Below, one piece after another: positions 39,553 to 50,500 of a DNA stretch of 64,000 nt (its first letter is position 1; every line of letters begins with the position of its first letter). A program made the position numbers and the translations under genes. The stretch spans positions 1 through 64,000 of IMG/VR virus record IMGVR_UViG_3300043448_001007. The stretch is one strand, 5' to 3'. A model generated the notes under the pieces. That model was not told the DNA's origin. It did no database searches and saw only the letters and a list, made by a program, of their open reading frames with translations. The stretch is from a virus.

Positions 39553-40080
39553 ATGAAAAAATTTGAAGCTAAAAAGAATAAAATTGATAAGAATCATGTG
39601 ATATCCCATCCAGACTCCCTTCCCAAAGAAACTCCCAAAGATAAAGAACAATTTCAAGGTGGTGTGGATATAAAATCATTCGAACCGGAATTTAAATATA
39701 ATTTTAATTCTACTACACAAGATGATGATATTAAAGAAAAGGATGCTGAAGATTTTATTAAACCACATAAGAAATACTTAATGACATTTGAATCATTCTC
39801 AACTAGTTTTTGTGGTTGTTGTGAAAGATGTAATTGTACAAAAGATACAACTGAATGTTTTTGTCATTGTAAAGATTGTATCTGTCATATAAACGGTGAT
39901 GAATCAATTGGTGAATTAACTGAAACAATAGATGATGATTCTGAAACAGAACCTTGGTACGAACCGGAATGGTGCGAAGATTGTTCAGCTTCAGATGAAG
40001 AAAATGGTATTGAATATGAACCAAATTTCACTTGGAAAGATGGTTCTTGGATTTGTGACCACTGTGGTGGATATTGTTAA
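39553..40080 (+). CDS. Cys-rich acidic protein
   Basis: CGCCERCNC..CFCHCKDCIC; CEDC...W.CDHCG. Confidence 0.65.
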   Translation: MKKFEAKKNKIDKNHVISHPDSLPKETPKDKEQFQGGVDIKSFEPEFKYNFNSTTQDDDIKEKDAEDFIKPHKKYLMTFESFSTSFCGCCERCNCTKDTTECFCHCKDCICHINGDESIGELTETIDDDSETEPWYEPEWCEDCSASDEENGIEYEPNFTWKDGSWICDHCGGYC

Positions 40081-40163
40081 ATTATTTATCAAGGAGGGTT
40101 TTAATCCTCCTTTATTTTTTAAACTTTTTATTTGATTTTTTCTATTAAAAGAAAAGATTTTTA

Positions 40164-41279
40164 ATGAGTAAAATTTACCTTATAGGAGATAGCCACTTAT
40201 GTCTTGGCTATCCAAATAATGTTGATAAATGGACAAAAGTTCACCAAGAATATTTCAAAGATTTTTTAATTCCACTATTAAAGGAAAAAGTTAAACCAGG
40301 TGATATTATTATTCATTTGGGTGACTTATATGATAATAGAAATGTGATTCCAATTAATCTTCTTAATTATGGGATGGAAATCGTAGAGGAAATTTCTAAA
40401 ATAGCCCCATTTCATATAATTGTTGGAAATCATGACTTATGGAGTCGCAGTGCTAGTGAAATTAATACTATTAGACCTTTTAAATATATTCCAAATGTCC
40501 ATATCTATGATAAACCAACCCAAATAGAGTATAATAATTTAAGTTTATTATTAATGCCTTATATTGAATCTAAAAAAGAACAAATTAAGGTAATGGATGA
40601 TCATAAAAAATGTCATTATCTCTTTTGTCATTCAGATCTAAATGGGGCTAAAATGCACTTAACATCTGTGGCTCATAAAAATAATGATAAAATTGACGCT
40701 GAATATTTCTCAAACTTTAAAAAAGCCTACACCGGTCACATTCACATTCGACAAGTTTTGAAGAATGTAGTGTTTGTTGGTTCTATTTTCCAGATGGATA
40801 GAAATGATTATAATGACCAAAAGGGAATTACTGTCTTGGATACTAATACTGGGGAAGAAGAATTTTTCCCTAATACAATTTCCCCCGTATTTAAAAAAGT
40901 TAAAGTAATACAAGAATCGGATTTAGTTAAACTAGAACAATTAAAAGATTCAAAAGATTGGATAGATTTAACTATCTCAAATAATCTCCTAATCTCTTCC
41001 AGAAAAATTAGAAGAAAAATTGAATCTATTTTGGAAACTGGTGGATTTGCTACTGTTGAATATTTAGATGATATTAATAAAGAGTCTGACGAAGTAACAG
41101 AAGATGAGAAGATTACAGAAGAGAAATCTCTGGATATATCTATCCAATTAGATTATGAGGAATATATCAAAGGGTATGTTAAAAGACAAAAGTATGAAAA
41201 TGAGAAAATTCAAAATGGTATTCTTTCTGAGTTTTCTGAAGTGATTAAAATATATCAAGAAAATTATAAGGATAAATAA
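40164..41279 (+). CDS. Mre11/SbcD-like recombination nuclease (gp47-like)
   Basis: GDSH, GDLYD, GNHD, FCH, GHIH metallophosphoesterase motifs. Confidence 0.9.
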   Translation: MSKIYLIGDSHLCLGYPNNVDKWTKVHQEYFKDFLIPLLKEKVKPGDIIIHLGDLYDNRNVIPINLLNYGMEIVEEISKIAPFHIIVGNHDLWSRSASEINTIRPFKYIPNVHIYDKPTQIEYNNLSLLLMPYIESKKEQIKVMDDHKKCHYLFCHSDLNGAKMHLTSVAHKNNDKIDAEYFSNFKKAYTGHIHIRQVLKNVVFVGSIFQMDRNDYNDQKGITVLDTNTGEEEFFPNTISPVFKKVKVIQESDLVKLEQLKDSKDWIDLTISNNLLISSRKIRRKIESILETGGFATVEYLDDINKESDEVTEDEKITEEKSLDISIQLDYEEYIKGYVKRQKYENEKIQNGILSEFSEVIKIYQENYKDK

Positions 41280-41306
41280 AATATAATCACTATATTTGTA
41301 AAATAA

Positions 41307-41957
41307 ATGGAATTTATGAAAATAAAAAAATTTAAAGAATACCAATTATTAAATGGTATTGAGGTAATTAAAAAGTTAAAATTGGAAGATCATTTAGGTA
41401 ACTTACTAAATGATAATAAATCAAATAATGCTCCTTACCATAACCTTAATCATACTTTATGTGTAATTAAGAATGTGTATTATTTAGCTAATCAAGAAGA
41501 CTTAAATAATAAGGAAATTAAAAATTTAGTATTAGCCGCTATCTATCATGATTTTAATCACTCACAAGGTGAAAAGAAAGATGATGAGAATATCAAAGAA
41601 GCTATTAAAGCTTTAAAGAAATATGTAGAAGGTGATACAACAGATATTGAAGAACTAATCAAAGCCACTCAATATCCATATGTAATAGAAGATAAAGATT
41701 TATCTGATTCACAGAAGGTACTTAAAGATGCTGACGTTATGCAAATATTTGAGGATAATTTTATTCAACAAGTTATCTATGGATTATCTACCGAATTAAA
41801 GATGAGTGTTAAGGATTTCCTACCTATTCAAATAAAGTTTTTAGATAATTTGAAATATTATACTAAAGCCGCTCAAGAGATAAGTAAAAGTAGACTCTCT
41901 ACAATAAAAGATGAAACTAATTTTTTGATAGATTTATTAAACAAAAAGTCCGAATAA
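41307..41957 (+). CDS. HD-domain phosphohydrolase with CTS-like N-terminus
   Basis: PYHN..H; AA.YHD; DAD; MKIKKFKEY. Confidence 0.8.
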   Translation: MEFMKIKKFKEYQLLNGIEVIKKLKLEDHLGNLLNDNKSNNAPYHNLNHTLCVIKNVYYLANQEDLNNKEIKNLVLAAIYHDFNHSQGEKKDDENIKEAIKALKKYVEGDTTDIEELIKATQYPYVIEDKDLSDSQKVLKDADVMQIFEDNFIQQVIYGLSTELKMSVKDFLPIQIKFLDNLKYYTKAAQEISKSRLSTIKDETNFLIDLLNKKSE

Positions 41958-41970
41958 ATTCGGACTTTTT
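41943..41970. terminator. Bidirectional terminator
   Basis: aaaaagtccgaat-aa-attcggacttttt. Confidence 0.8.
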
Positions 41971-41975
41971 AAATA

Positions 41976-42602
41976 TTAGTAACCAGCCACAAATGGAGGT
42001 TGAATTGTAAAGTTATTATCAATCCATTCATCGATAAAGTAATCAGATACAAAATCAACTTGAGCTCCATCCCAAATTCCTTGACCACTCCAATCTAATG
42101 ATGGACCACCTGCTACTTTTGTAACTTGACAGTTTTGGAAAGTAACTCGTCTCAAAACTAATCCTTTTTTATCGTGTTGATTTACAATCAGAGTCCCGAT
42201 ACAATCAGCTTTATAATGTAAATAACCATTTTGTGAATTCCAACCCAAGTCATACCAAGCTCTCATAATATTCCAAGTTTCCATAGCTCCTTGATCATTT
42301 ACGTTGATATTAAATTTAATACTTGGCTTAGTTGTTGTTTCACTTGGACCAGCATTTAGGAAAGCTCTAGTGCTATATTTATATCTTTGTTCAGAAACTC
42401 CAATATCCTTAGTTGTGATGCCTAAATCAATAGATGTTGATTGTTGTAACATTAAAACCGGATCTCTACCCTGAGCTTGTAATATTTGAGGTAATACAAA
42501 TGTGATCTCAAATAGATTTTGGTAAACTGGTTCTTGTGGAATGGTTCCTGGGCCGCCGGGCGCCCCTACCATGCTTAACTGAGTATAATGTGGTAAAGCC
42601 AT
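41976..42602 (-). CDS. Tail tube protein (gp19-like)
   Basis: EPVY.NLFEI.F.LP; W..MRAWYD; K.DC.G..IV.Q.DK.G; LDW; F.SDY. Confidence 0.75.
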   Translation of the reverse strand: MALPHYTQLSMVGAPGGPGTIPQEPVYQNLFEITFVLPQILQAQGRDPVLMLQQSTSIDLGITTKDIGVSEQRYKYSTRAFLNAGPSETTTKPSIKFNINVNDQGAMETWNIMRAWYDLGWNSQNGYLHYKADCIGTLIVNQHDKKGLVLRRVTFQNCQVTKVAGGPSLDWSGQGIWDGAQVDFVSDYFIDEWIDNNFTIQPPFVAGY

Positions 42603-42778
42603 ATTAATTTTTTATTTTTTATGTTAAGAAAACTTTTTCTTATAATCTATATATAATAAAATTTTTCTTTCCTACTTATCTATATATTAAAAATAAAAAC
42701 CATATTTTGATAAATTAGAAAAATGTTAGTATTAAGAGGTGTTGATTTTAATATATAAAAATAAAGTAATCATTATTA

Positions 42779-45700
42779 ATGTTTAGTTTAAACCAACATC
42801 TTTTATATCCTATAGTAAAGAGTGATAGATTCAGATTTCGACATGATGGTGGACATTCTGATTCGGTTGGAAATGTTTCAACAATAACAAATTCTTTCCA
42901 AGATGGATCTTTAAATACATCATCACCACAAGAAGTGGAACCATTTATTGAAACAACAACCCCCAAAAGTGAATTAAGATTCTTTGATAAAGAAGGGAAT
43001 AGTTTAAATTATATCTATAATGAAGACCTTGGAAGATATGAGGGTGACATATATTTCCATGAAAATTCTAGTGATACATTCAAAACACAAACTTTATTTT
43101 TATTAGAAAATATATCAGCTTTTCAGTATGAAAATCCAGATTTAATGACACTAAAAAAGTTTCAACTTTTTAATGAAAGGGGATTTCATTTTTATCCGGG
43201 TAATTATGTAGATAAAAAAATAAAAAGAGTAATTCCAGTTAATAATGATGTAACTTTTTACTCTAAATGGGTTTATGGTGATAATTTTGATTTCTATTTT
43301 CCAAAAGGGACTATTATACGATTTGATAGTAGTTTAATGGAGTTTAATAATCCAAATCAAAGTTATGTAGTAACTTCGGCTAAAAAAGATGCTATTTTAA
43401 TTGTATCTCTGTTGGATAACTTCCAGTTTACAAATTTATATTCTGGAATTTGGGATTTGGATTCAACTTATATTGGTAAATCTATTTCATCAATTAATAT
43501 TATTGGTATTTATGATTATATTGACTCTTTTACATTAAGAGACAAGTTATCACCTTGGAATGAGCCAAGTTTTTATGATCGATTATATGCTGGAAGAAAA
43601 TTAAATATTGTAAATAGTGATAAAAACGACAATTATAAAAATACTAAAGATTTTGAGGAAGTTAATGTTGTTACATTAGATAATAATGAGATGATTGATA
43701 TTGTTCATTATGAATATAATACTATTACTAATAAAATTACAGGTGATTTAATAATAGAGGCGATATCTAAAACCGACCTACCTTTAATTTACAAAAATGG
43801 ACTTAATTTTAACTCATCAAATTCAACTCTAGAGTTTGGTGATACAATACCACAAATATTAAAACCGGGTTCTAATTTTAAAGTTCAAAACTCCGTATCC
43901 AATACAGATATATTTTCTGTTAGTCCTATTCAAAGTTTTAAAGGAAATGTTGTTACGACATATTATCAAGTTGGTAATCAAGTTATGTGGAATAATGATA
44001 TTTATCAATGTATAAATTCCTATACTTGGTCAGCTACATCATCTATAACACCGGATGATTCTAATTATTGGTCAAATTTACCAACTTATCTACCAATAAA
44101 TCCATCACCCGTTAATGAAAATTTATTATTGGGTGATTTATATTTGACAAATAATAAATTTTATTTTACGCAAACATTCACCGCTTCTGGAATAGTTACG
44201 GCTGCTTCGGCTGTTGAAAATTTTAAGAATGAACTAAAATCATTAGATATTGATTTTTATTTAAATAATTTTTCATTAAAAGCGGATTTAATATATCCAA
44301 CTAATTATTGTGAAGTTAACTTCTATAATGGATTTGTCGGACCAACAACTTCAATCGGTAATATTAGTTTAGTTTATGAAAGAGCTTTGGAGGTTAGGGA
44401 ACAATTAGTTAAGGAGTTCAATTATGATTATAGTCAAAATTATAGTTATAATATTGTAATTACCGATTTAGATGAATATGGATTAATTGTTAAAGTTAAT
44501 AAAATGGTATATCAAACTGAAACCCAATTTTTATATTCAATGGGTCAAATCGATATGCAAAGAACTATTGACAAGACATTAAGATATTGGTTAACTAAGA
44601 GTTTTGCAAGATTAATGACATTAGGTATTATACCAACTTTACAAACAATTGGAAATAATTCACCATATTATAATTCTATAAATTTAAGAACCCAATTTCC
44701 AAATGTTCCATTACAATGGGAAGTTTTAGTGGGGTCTACTGCTGACTTTTATGTTGAACATACATTATTAACTATCAATGATATGGGATCTTTCCTTTCC
44801 ATTAAAGTTAATAATAGATCATATGATATAAAAACTATTATGTCAAGTCCATATATTCCTGACATTGCACAAACTTTATCTGATTGGGTAGAAGAACATC
44901 AAAATATATTAGAAAGTTATGGTATATATGTTGTCAATTCAGCATCATCATTAGATTTTAGAGTTAAAAAACAAACACAAAGATTAGATTTAATTGTTAA
45001 TGTTGGTAAGTCTTCACTACCAGGTATAAACCTATATCAGATATTAAAAAGATCAAAAGGAAATCAAGGAACAATTATTACATCTAATGAGATAAAATTA
45101 AATACAGATAATGGTGATTCTTTAGAGGAAGTTGGATTTGCTACTGGTATGATAACTGGTATAAATGAAACTATCTACCCTCTTCAAAATCAAGAATATA
45201 ATATTTTATATTTGCAACCCGAAACAATAAATCTTAGTTATGAAGGTCCTTTCTGGGGAATGACCGATTCCCTATGTGAACAATCACCTTTTGTAACGGT
45301 TGCTTTCAGTATTGGGTATGGTGCTACAGGATGCCCGACTGATTTTTTAGCTGGGACATCAAATGCTGGTATGTTTGATAATACTATGTTTAGTAATGAT
45401 TTTAGTATTAATTACATGAATACAAATACATATTCAGTAAATAATTATAATCTATTTGCTTTAGGTGGGGCTGATGATATGGTTGATATATTATACATTC
45501 CAAATGTATCATCTATGTATATCTTAGGGAAAGACCTTTTGGTCTTTGACGCCCTAACGGCTCAACAAACAACAACAATTTTATTGAATAGTGGAACATA
45601 TTCTGTGGATATGGTATTTAACCCAATCACTAACTATTTATATGCTATTACAAAGAATTCACTTTATAAAATAGATCCATATATCAATCAAATAATATCA

Positions 45701-48631
45701 ACTTATTCTATAAGTGGTGAAGGATATGAGATTAATTATAGTCAAAATGGTGATATTTATATCACAACCGATTTAGGAATATCAATATTTGATAATACTG
45801 GATTAGTTAATTCATTATCATTACCGAGTTATCATATCGTTTCTAATGATTTTGAAAATGATATGTATGCTGTGGGTAGAGATGGATCATCTCTTTATAG
45901 AATTGATGGATCATCTAGAACATTACAAACAACCTATACTATAAGTGGATTAACAAATTCAATAGTATATGATCCAACAAATGAATCTATTTATGTTTGG
46001 GGATCATCATTATATAAAGTTATGAATGGTCAGGTGGCTACTGCTTCCCTATTAACACCAGGTGGGTTTGAAGATATGTTATTTAATAACTTAACCAATA
46101 CTTTAAGTTTATCTTCAGATAATTCTACAATAACATCGTTGAGTTTAGAAGATGATTCAATTAATTATACACAATTTAATGGATATTGGGGGTATCAAGT
46201 AATTAACCAGTATGATGGTGATATTTATATATCATCACAAGGAATTAATCAAGTAACTGTTGTTGATAATGTTACTGGTAATGTAAAACATATTGTTCCC
46301 CTAATTGGTGGATTATCTACTAGATTAGCTTATAACCCTTTAAGAAAAAGCATTTGGACAATCCAACCAGTTCCAAAGAATGTGGTAGAGATTGAAGTTA
46401 CTTTAAATAATTACATTACTTTAAATATTCCAGATTATTTGAATATAAGAGAGAATTCATTAGGGACATTAGATGAAAATTATAAGTATAAGAAATATCT
46501 TTGGTTACATACTCAAGATTATCTTCGTCGTCCAAGAATGAATTTTAATAATGAACCATATGCTAAATATTATTGGAGATGGTTTTCTGATAACGTACCA
46601 CAATTCTTTATGTATGATTTTACAGGTAATCAATTACCAACATCTGGTCCGTTATCATATACTGGTGAGAAACCCTTACCAACTGTTGTTTTAAATAGAA
46701 AAGCAAATAGAGATACTAATAAAAGGGGAATATCAGAAGCTCAACAAACTATATTTGATCAAATATATGAAACTTTAGAACATGTTGATGATGAGAATGA
46801 TGTATCCAGTGTTCCAGAACCTATACAATTATTTATTGGATTCAATTCACCAGATGAAGGAGCATTGAGAAGTATATTACAATTATATTTACAAGAGGAT
46901 GTAGATTTTACAGTCACAACTAATAATTTGAATTTGGATGAAATACGTTTTGAGACAATAATTGATGGTGATGATAGATATGGTAAAATAACACTAAATG
47001 AAAATTCAACCTCTAATTTTATTAATGATATTAATGACTTACCAAGAGGACTAAAGATAGGTCAACATTTAGCAATATTTATTAAAGATCTAACAAATAC
47101 AAAAGATCAATATCTTTCTAAAAATAATGGATACCTATTAAAAATAAGAGAGGTATATAATAGAGAAATTATTGTAGATTTTTTCCAAGATATTGACGAA
47201 TTACATTCTGAATCAACAATCATAAATGACTATCCACATCATGGTAAAACAACATATCTTTCAACAAGATTTAAAGTTTGGGATAAAGAGATTGGTAGAT
47301 TTAATGTTTTGGGTCAAACCGAAATAGAAGATATTCGATATAGAACAGAACTTGGTAATGTTGGTAAATTAATAAATCCAGAAGATACTTATATTTTTAA
47401 AGATTATGATATAAAAGAGGATGGGATTGATTGGGTTTATTTAAATGCTAAGAGAAAGGAAATGTTAATGATGAAACATTTAATATATCCTTATATTGGA
47501 AGTTATAAATCAATAATTAATGCTATAAATTATTTTGGGTATAACGATTTAGTCCTAAATGAATATTATAGAAATATAAATCCAGATTCTCCTGAATTCT
47601 TGAAATTATTTAAAGTTGAGATTCCGGATATATTTGATCCATCTGTTCCTGGTTGGAGTGATAAAGATTTCTTGAAACATACTTTCCCAAATCCATCATT
47701 TGAAGATACAAATTTATTTAATCTTACTTATGATATAACTGATAAGGAAGGTAATAATATTTTAACATATACTTTAGAAGAAGTTCAGAAAAAACTTCAA
47801 GGTCTAAAGATTTGGTTACAGAAAAATATCATACCATTAACACACAAAATATTAGATATTAGTGGTAGGGCATATGTAACATCAACAAATCATATCAAAC
47901 ATAATTTACATGATGCTACTGTTTTAAGAATTCATGAAAAATTAACACCAGTTGTTGGGTATTTAAGAGAGGCCTATTTAATGCCAGTAAATAATGGTTC
48001 AACTGTTTATAACTGTGTGATTGATTTTGGAACCGGTTCTACTCAATCTTTGCCAGATACATATGAAATAAATATTACAACTTATGAAATTTATCGAGAA
48101 TGGTATCCATTTAAAATATATGATCAAGGTAATAGAGTAATTTACTATGATAAATTATATGAGTCTGTTATACCAGAAAATAGAGTTAATAATCCAAGAA
48201 AATATGAGAATACACCTTCTTGGTCTAATTCTGTAACATATAAAGTAGCTGATATTGTTGAATATAATCGAGAGTTTTATGTGTACTCTGGTACTATGTC
48301 TATGACATCTAGTGTATCTCCAAATGTTGATATATCTAATTGGATAAATGTTACTGAATGGAAAGAAATCGATTTAGTTCCTATTCAACATATTAAAGAA
48401 GTTAGAAAGGCTAACAATTTATTACCATATAATTTTGTGATTGATTCAAATATAGATCCTTTTATTAGAGTTGAAATTACATCTGATAATGGATATGGGT
48501 CAACATATACACAAAGAAGAAATTATGATATTAAAGGAGTATTGGATATACGAGAGTTAGAATCTTATACAAATTTAACAAGTAAACAATATATAAGAGC
48601 AATAATACCAATTGTCTATCCAGAAAATTAA
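42779..48631 (+). CDS. Very large baseplate wedge-like protein (gp7-like) with beta-propeller and CBM5/12-like modules
   Basis: YIGSYKSIINAINYFG; three Y..G..V.Y/W...Y modules; propeller repeats; lies just upstream of gp25. Confidence 0.55.
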   Translation: MFSLNQHLLYPIVKSDRFRFRHDGGHSDSVGNVSTITNSFQDGSLNTSSPQEVEPFIETTTPKSELRFFDKEGNSLNYIYNEDLGRYEGDIYFHENSSDTFKTQTLFLLENISAFQYENPDLMTLKKFQLFNERGFHFYPGNYVDKKIKRVIPVNNDVTFYSKWVYGDNFDFYFPKGTIIRFDSSLMEFNNPNQSYVVTSAKKDAILIVSLLDNFQFTNLYSGIWDLDSTYIGKSISSINIIGIYDYIDSFTLRDKLSPWNEPSFYDRLYAGRKLNIVNSDKNDNYKNTKDFEEVNVVTLDNNEMIDIVHYEYNTITNKITGDLIIEAISKTDLPLIYKNGLNFNSSNSTLEFGDTIPQILKPGSNFKVQNSVSNTDIFSVSPIQSFKGNVVTTYYQVGNQVMWNNDIYQCINSYTWSATSSITPDDSNYWSNLPTYLPINPSPVNENLLLGDLYLTNNKFYFTQTFTASGIVTAASAVENFKNELKSLDIDFYLNNFSLKADLIYPTNYCEVNFYNGFVGPTTSIGNISLVYERALEVREQLVKEFNYDYSQNYSYNIVITDLDEYGLIVKVNKMVYQTETQFLYSMGQIDMQRTIDKTLRYWLTKSFARLMTLGIIPTLQTIGNNSPYYNSINLRTQFPNVPLQWEVLVGSTADFYVEHTLLTINDMGSFLSIKVNNRSYDIKTIMSSPYIPDIAQTLSDWVEEHQNILESYGIYVVNSASSLDFRVKKQTQRLDLIVNVGKSSLPGINLYQILKRSKGNQGTIITSNEIKLNTDNGDSLEEVGFATGMITGINETIYPLQNQEYNILYLQPETINLSYEGPFWGMTDSLCEQSPFVTVAFSIGYGATGCPTDFLAGTSNAGMFDNTMFSNDFSINYMNTNTYSVNNYNLFALGGADDMVDILYIPNVSSMYILGKDLLVFDALTAQQTTTILLNSGTYSVDMVFNPITNYLYAITKNSLYKIDPYINQIISTYSISGEGYEINYSQNGDIYITTDLGISIFDNTGLVNSLSLPSYHIVSNDFENDMYAVGRDGSSLYRIDGSSRTLQTTYTISGLTNSIVYDPTNESIYVWGSSLYKVMNGQVATASLLTPGGFEDMLFNNLTNTLSLSSDNSTITSLSLEDDSINYTQFNGYWGYQVINQYDGDIYISSQGINQVTVVDNVTGNVKHIVPLIGGLSTRLAYNPLRKSIWTIQPVPKNVVEIEVTLNNYITLNIPDYLNIRENSLGTLDENYKYKKYLWLHTQDYLRRPRMNFNNEPYAKYYWRWFSDNVPQFFMYDFTGNQLPTSGPLSYTGEKPLPTVVLNRKANRDTNKRGISEAQQTIFDQIYETLEHVDDENDVSSVPEPIQLFIGFNSPDEGALRSILQLYLQEDVDFTVTTNNLNLDEIRFETIIDGDDRYGKITLNENSTSNFINDINDLPRGLKIGQHLAIFIKDLTNTKDQYLSKNNGYLLKIREVYNREIIVDFFQDIDELHSESTIINDYPHHGKTTYLSTRFKVWDKEIGRFNVLGQTEIEDIRYRTELGNVGKLINPEDTYIFKDYDIKEDGIDWVYLNAKRKEMLMMKHLIYPYIGSYKSIINAINYFGYNDLVLNEYYRNINPDSPEFLKLFKVEIPDIFDPSVPGWSDKDFLKHTFPNPSFEDTNLFNLTYDITDKEGNNILTYTLEEVQKKLQGLKIWLQKNIIPLTHKILDISGRAYVTSTNHIKHNLHDATVLRIHEKLTPVVGYLREAYLMPVNNGSTVYNCVIDFGTGSTQSLPDTYEINITTYEIYREWYPFKIYDQGNRVIYYDKLYESVIPENRVNNPRKYENTPSWSNSVTYKVADIVEYNREFYVYSGTMSMTSSVSPNVDISNWINVTEWKEIDLVPIQHIKEVRKANNLLPYNFVIDSNIDPFIRVEITSDNGYGSTYTQRRNYDIKGVLDIRELESYTNLTSKQYIRAIIPIVYPEN

Positions 48632-48652
48632 TATATAAAAAAAACAAGTTTT

Positions 48653-48907
48653 ATGAAACATATTAGGAAATTTTCAACTTTTAACGAGAACAAAACCGAT
48701 GGATTTGTTGTGGCAGCTAAAGATTTAATAGATGGTACAAAAATGTATAAAAATGACTATTCAGAAAAGAGATATAATCAAATCATAGAGTTGGAGAAAC
48801 TTATTTATGGGAATGAAGAGGATCGTAAAAAATTTGTTAAATCAATAAAGAGACTTTTGGGAATATCTGAATGGGACTTACCAAATGAACTCTATAAATA
48901 TTTATAA
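48653..48907 (+). CDS. Small protein with CTS-like N-terminus
   Basis: MKHIRKFSTFNEN. Confidence 0.65.
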   Translation: MKHIRKFSTFNENKTDGFVVAAKDLIDGTKMYKNDYSEKRYNQIIELEKLIYGNEEDRKKFVKSIKRLLGISEWDLPNELYKYL

Positions 48908-48912
48908 TTTAT

Positions 48913-49290
48913 ATGGCAGAATTTGATTTTAGAGATTTTTATATTGGATATGAAGGACATCCTAGATGGACTATTAATAGGATAATAACCGATGATGCTG
49001 TTCGAGTTATTGTACAAAAGTACGAAATGTTACTTTTTACTAATAAAGGTGAAGTCTTGGGTGATCCTGATTTTGGATGTGATTTGGAAAAACTACTTCA
49101 CGAAACATCAGTCTCGGCCGAATCGGTGGAAAAATTAATTCATGAGCAAATAGTTAAATATATTCCAGAGATAATCGATATTGACTATCTCTTGGAAGTT
49201 AGTTTTGAAGAAGACCCTGAAAATTATCAAGATGTGATGATTATTAATTTCTCAATCGGTGAAAATGAAATAAATGCTGTTATCTCATAA
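48913..49290 (+). CDS. Baseplate wedge subunit gp25-like
   Basis: LLFTNKGEV.GDPDFGCDL..LL.E...I.KYIP. Confidence 0.85.
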   Translation: MAEFDFRDFYIGYEGHPRWTINRIITDDAVRVIVQKYEMLLFTNKGEVLGDPDFGCDLEKLLHETSVSAESVEKLIHEQIVKYIPEIIDIDYLLEVSFEEDPENYQDVMIINFSIGENEINAVIS

Positions 49291-49434
49291 TTATCTTCGA
49301 TAGGGTTTACCACCTTTATTTGAATGTCTCGGTTGCCATGTTTGTTGCATATGACCATTTTGACAAGATGGTAACCAGATACCAATCAAATAGATACCCA
49401 CTATTAATAAAGTTAGAATTTTAAAATTTTTCAT
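49291..49434 (-). CDS. Small lipoprotein, 47 aa (not in ORF track)
   Basis: MKNFKILTLLIVGIYLIGIWLPSC-QNGH...; exactly abuts the gp25 stop. Confidence 0.55.
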   Translation of the reverse strand: MKNFKILTLLIVGIYLIGIWLPSCQNGHMQQTWQPRHSNKGGKPYRR

Positions 49435-49456
49435 AATATTTATTATTATTTTTTAA

Positions 49457-50416
49457 TTATTTCATAATATCTTGAATTTTACCAATAATGGTCATTCCAA
49501 CAATGATAGGATCAGAATCTTTTTCTAACTTTTCTCGATAATCTGTAATAATATAGTTAGCTTCAAACAACTGACATATTTTCTCTTTCTTATTTTCTAA
49601 ACAATAATCAATAAATGGTCTTCCGAGTAAATCAATCATTTTATCTATTCTTTCCGGTCCAAAATTTGACATCAAAAAATGATATATTTTTTCATAATCT
49701 CTATCACCGAATATAACAGAATATAAGTCATCTTGCGTTTTCTTTCCAATATTTTTTTCAGAACTCCCTCCACCTACACCAATTAAAAAATCTTGTAAGT
49801 CATTATATAGTGCTCGGTTATCTGGAAATCTTTTATTAATTATTTTTATTAAATCATCTTTTTCTATTTTTATACCTTCAGATTGACAAACATCATTCAT
49901 TAATTTCTGATATAAATCTCTCTTCATTTCCCTTTCTTCATTGGCTGCTGGTTCAAAGTCCAGTAAAGTAAATCGAGATTTTTTAATAGCATCTGTTAAT
50001 TTACTTAAATGGTTAGTAGTTAGTATAAATCTAACATTATTAGCACTATAATGTTCAACAAAGGCTTTAAAAGCATCTTGAAAATTGGTAGATACTTTTT
50101 CAAATTCATCTAAAAAAACATATTTCATTCCATCTTCACAATCCATCATTGGCTTTGTTTTACAAAACTTATCAATTTCATTTCTTAAAACTTCAATAGA
50201 TGTATAGAGTGAACTATTTATTTCTAAATAAGCTTTATCTCCTGAATATTTACCGATTAAAATTCTGGCTAATGATGTTTTGCCAGTTCCATAGGGTCCA
50301 TAAAAAATATAATTCTTGGTGATTCCATTCCTAAAGTGGTCTTTAATTCGAGATGGTAGGATTAAATCCTCCATTTTTTTAGGTCTCCACTTCTCATATA
50401 ATATTTCGTTCTTCAT
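49457..50416 (-). CDS. Sliding clamp loader ATPase subunit (gp44/RFC-like)
   Basis: EKWRP; GPYGTGKT; LDEFE; FILT.N; SRF; FPD.R. Confidence 0.9.
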   Translation of the reverse strand: MKNEILYEKWRPKKMEDLILPSRIKDHFRNGITKNYIFYGPYGTGKTSLARILIGKYSGDKAYLEINSSLYTSIEVLRNEIDKFCKTKPMMDCEDGMKYVFLDEFEKVSTNFQDAFKAFVEHYSANNVRFILTTNHLSKLTDAIKKSRFTLLDFEPAANEEREMKRDLYQKLMNDVCQSEGIKIEKDDLIKIINKRFPDNRALYNDLQDFLIGVGGGSSEKNIGKKTQDDLYSVIFGDRDYEKIYHFLMSNFGPERIDKMIDLLGRPFIDYCLENKKEKICQLFEANYIITDYREKLEKDSDPIIVGMTIIGKIQDIMK

Positions 50417-50500
50417 AAAAATAACTTTAGATTAATTTTATTAAAGAATGTGTTAAAAGTTTATTTATGAATTTTAATATATAAAAGAAAAATTAAAATT

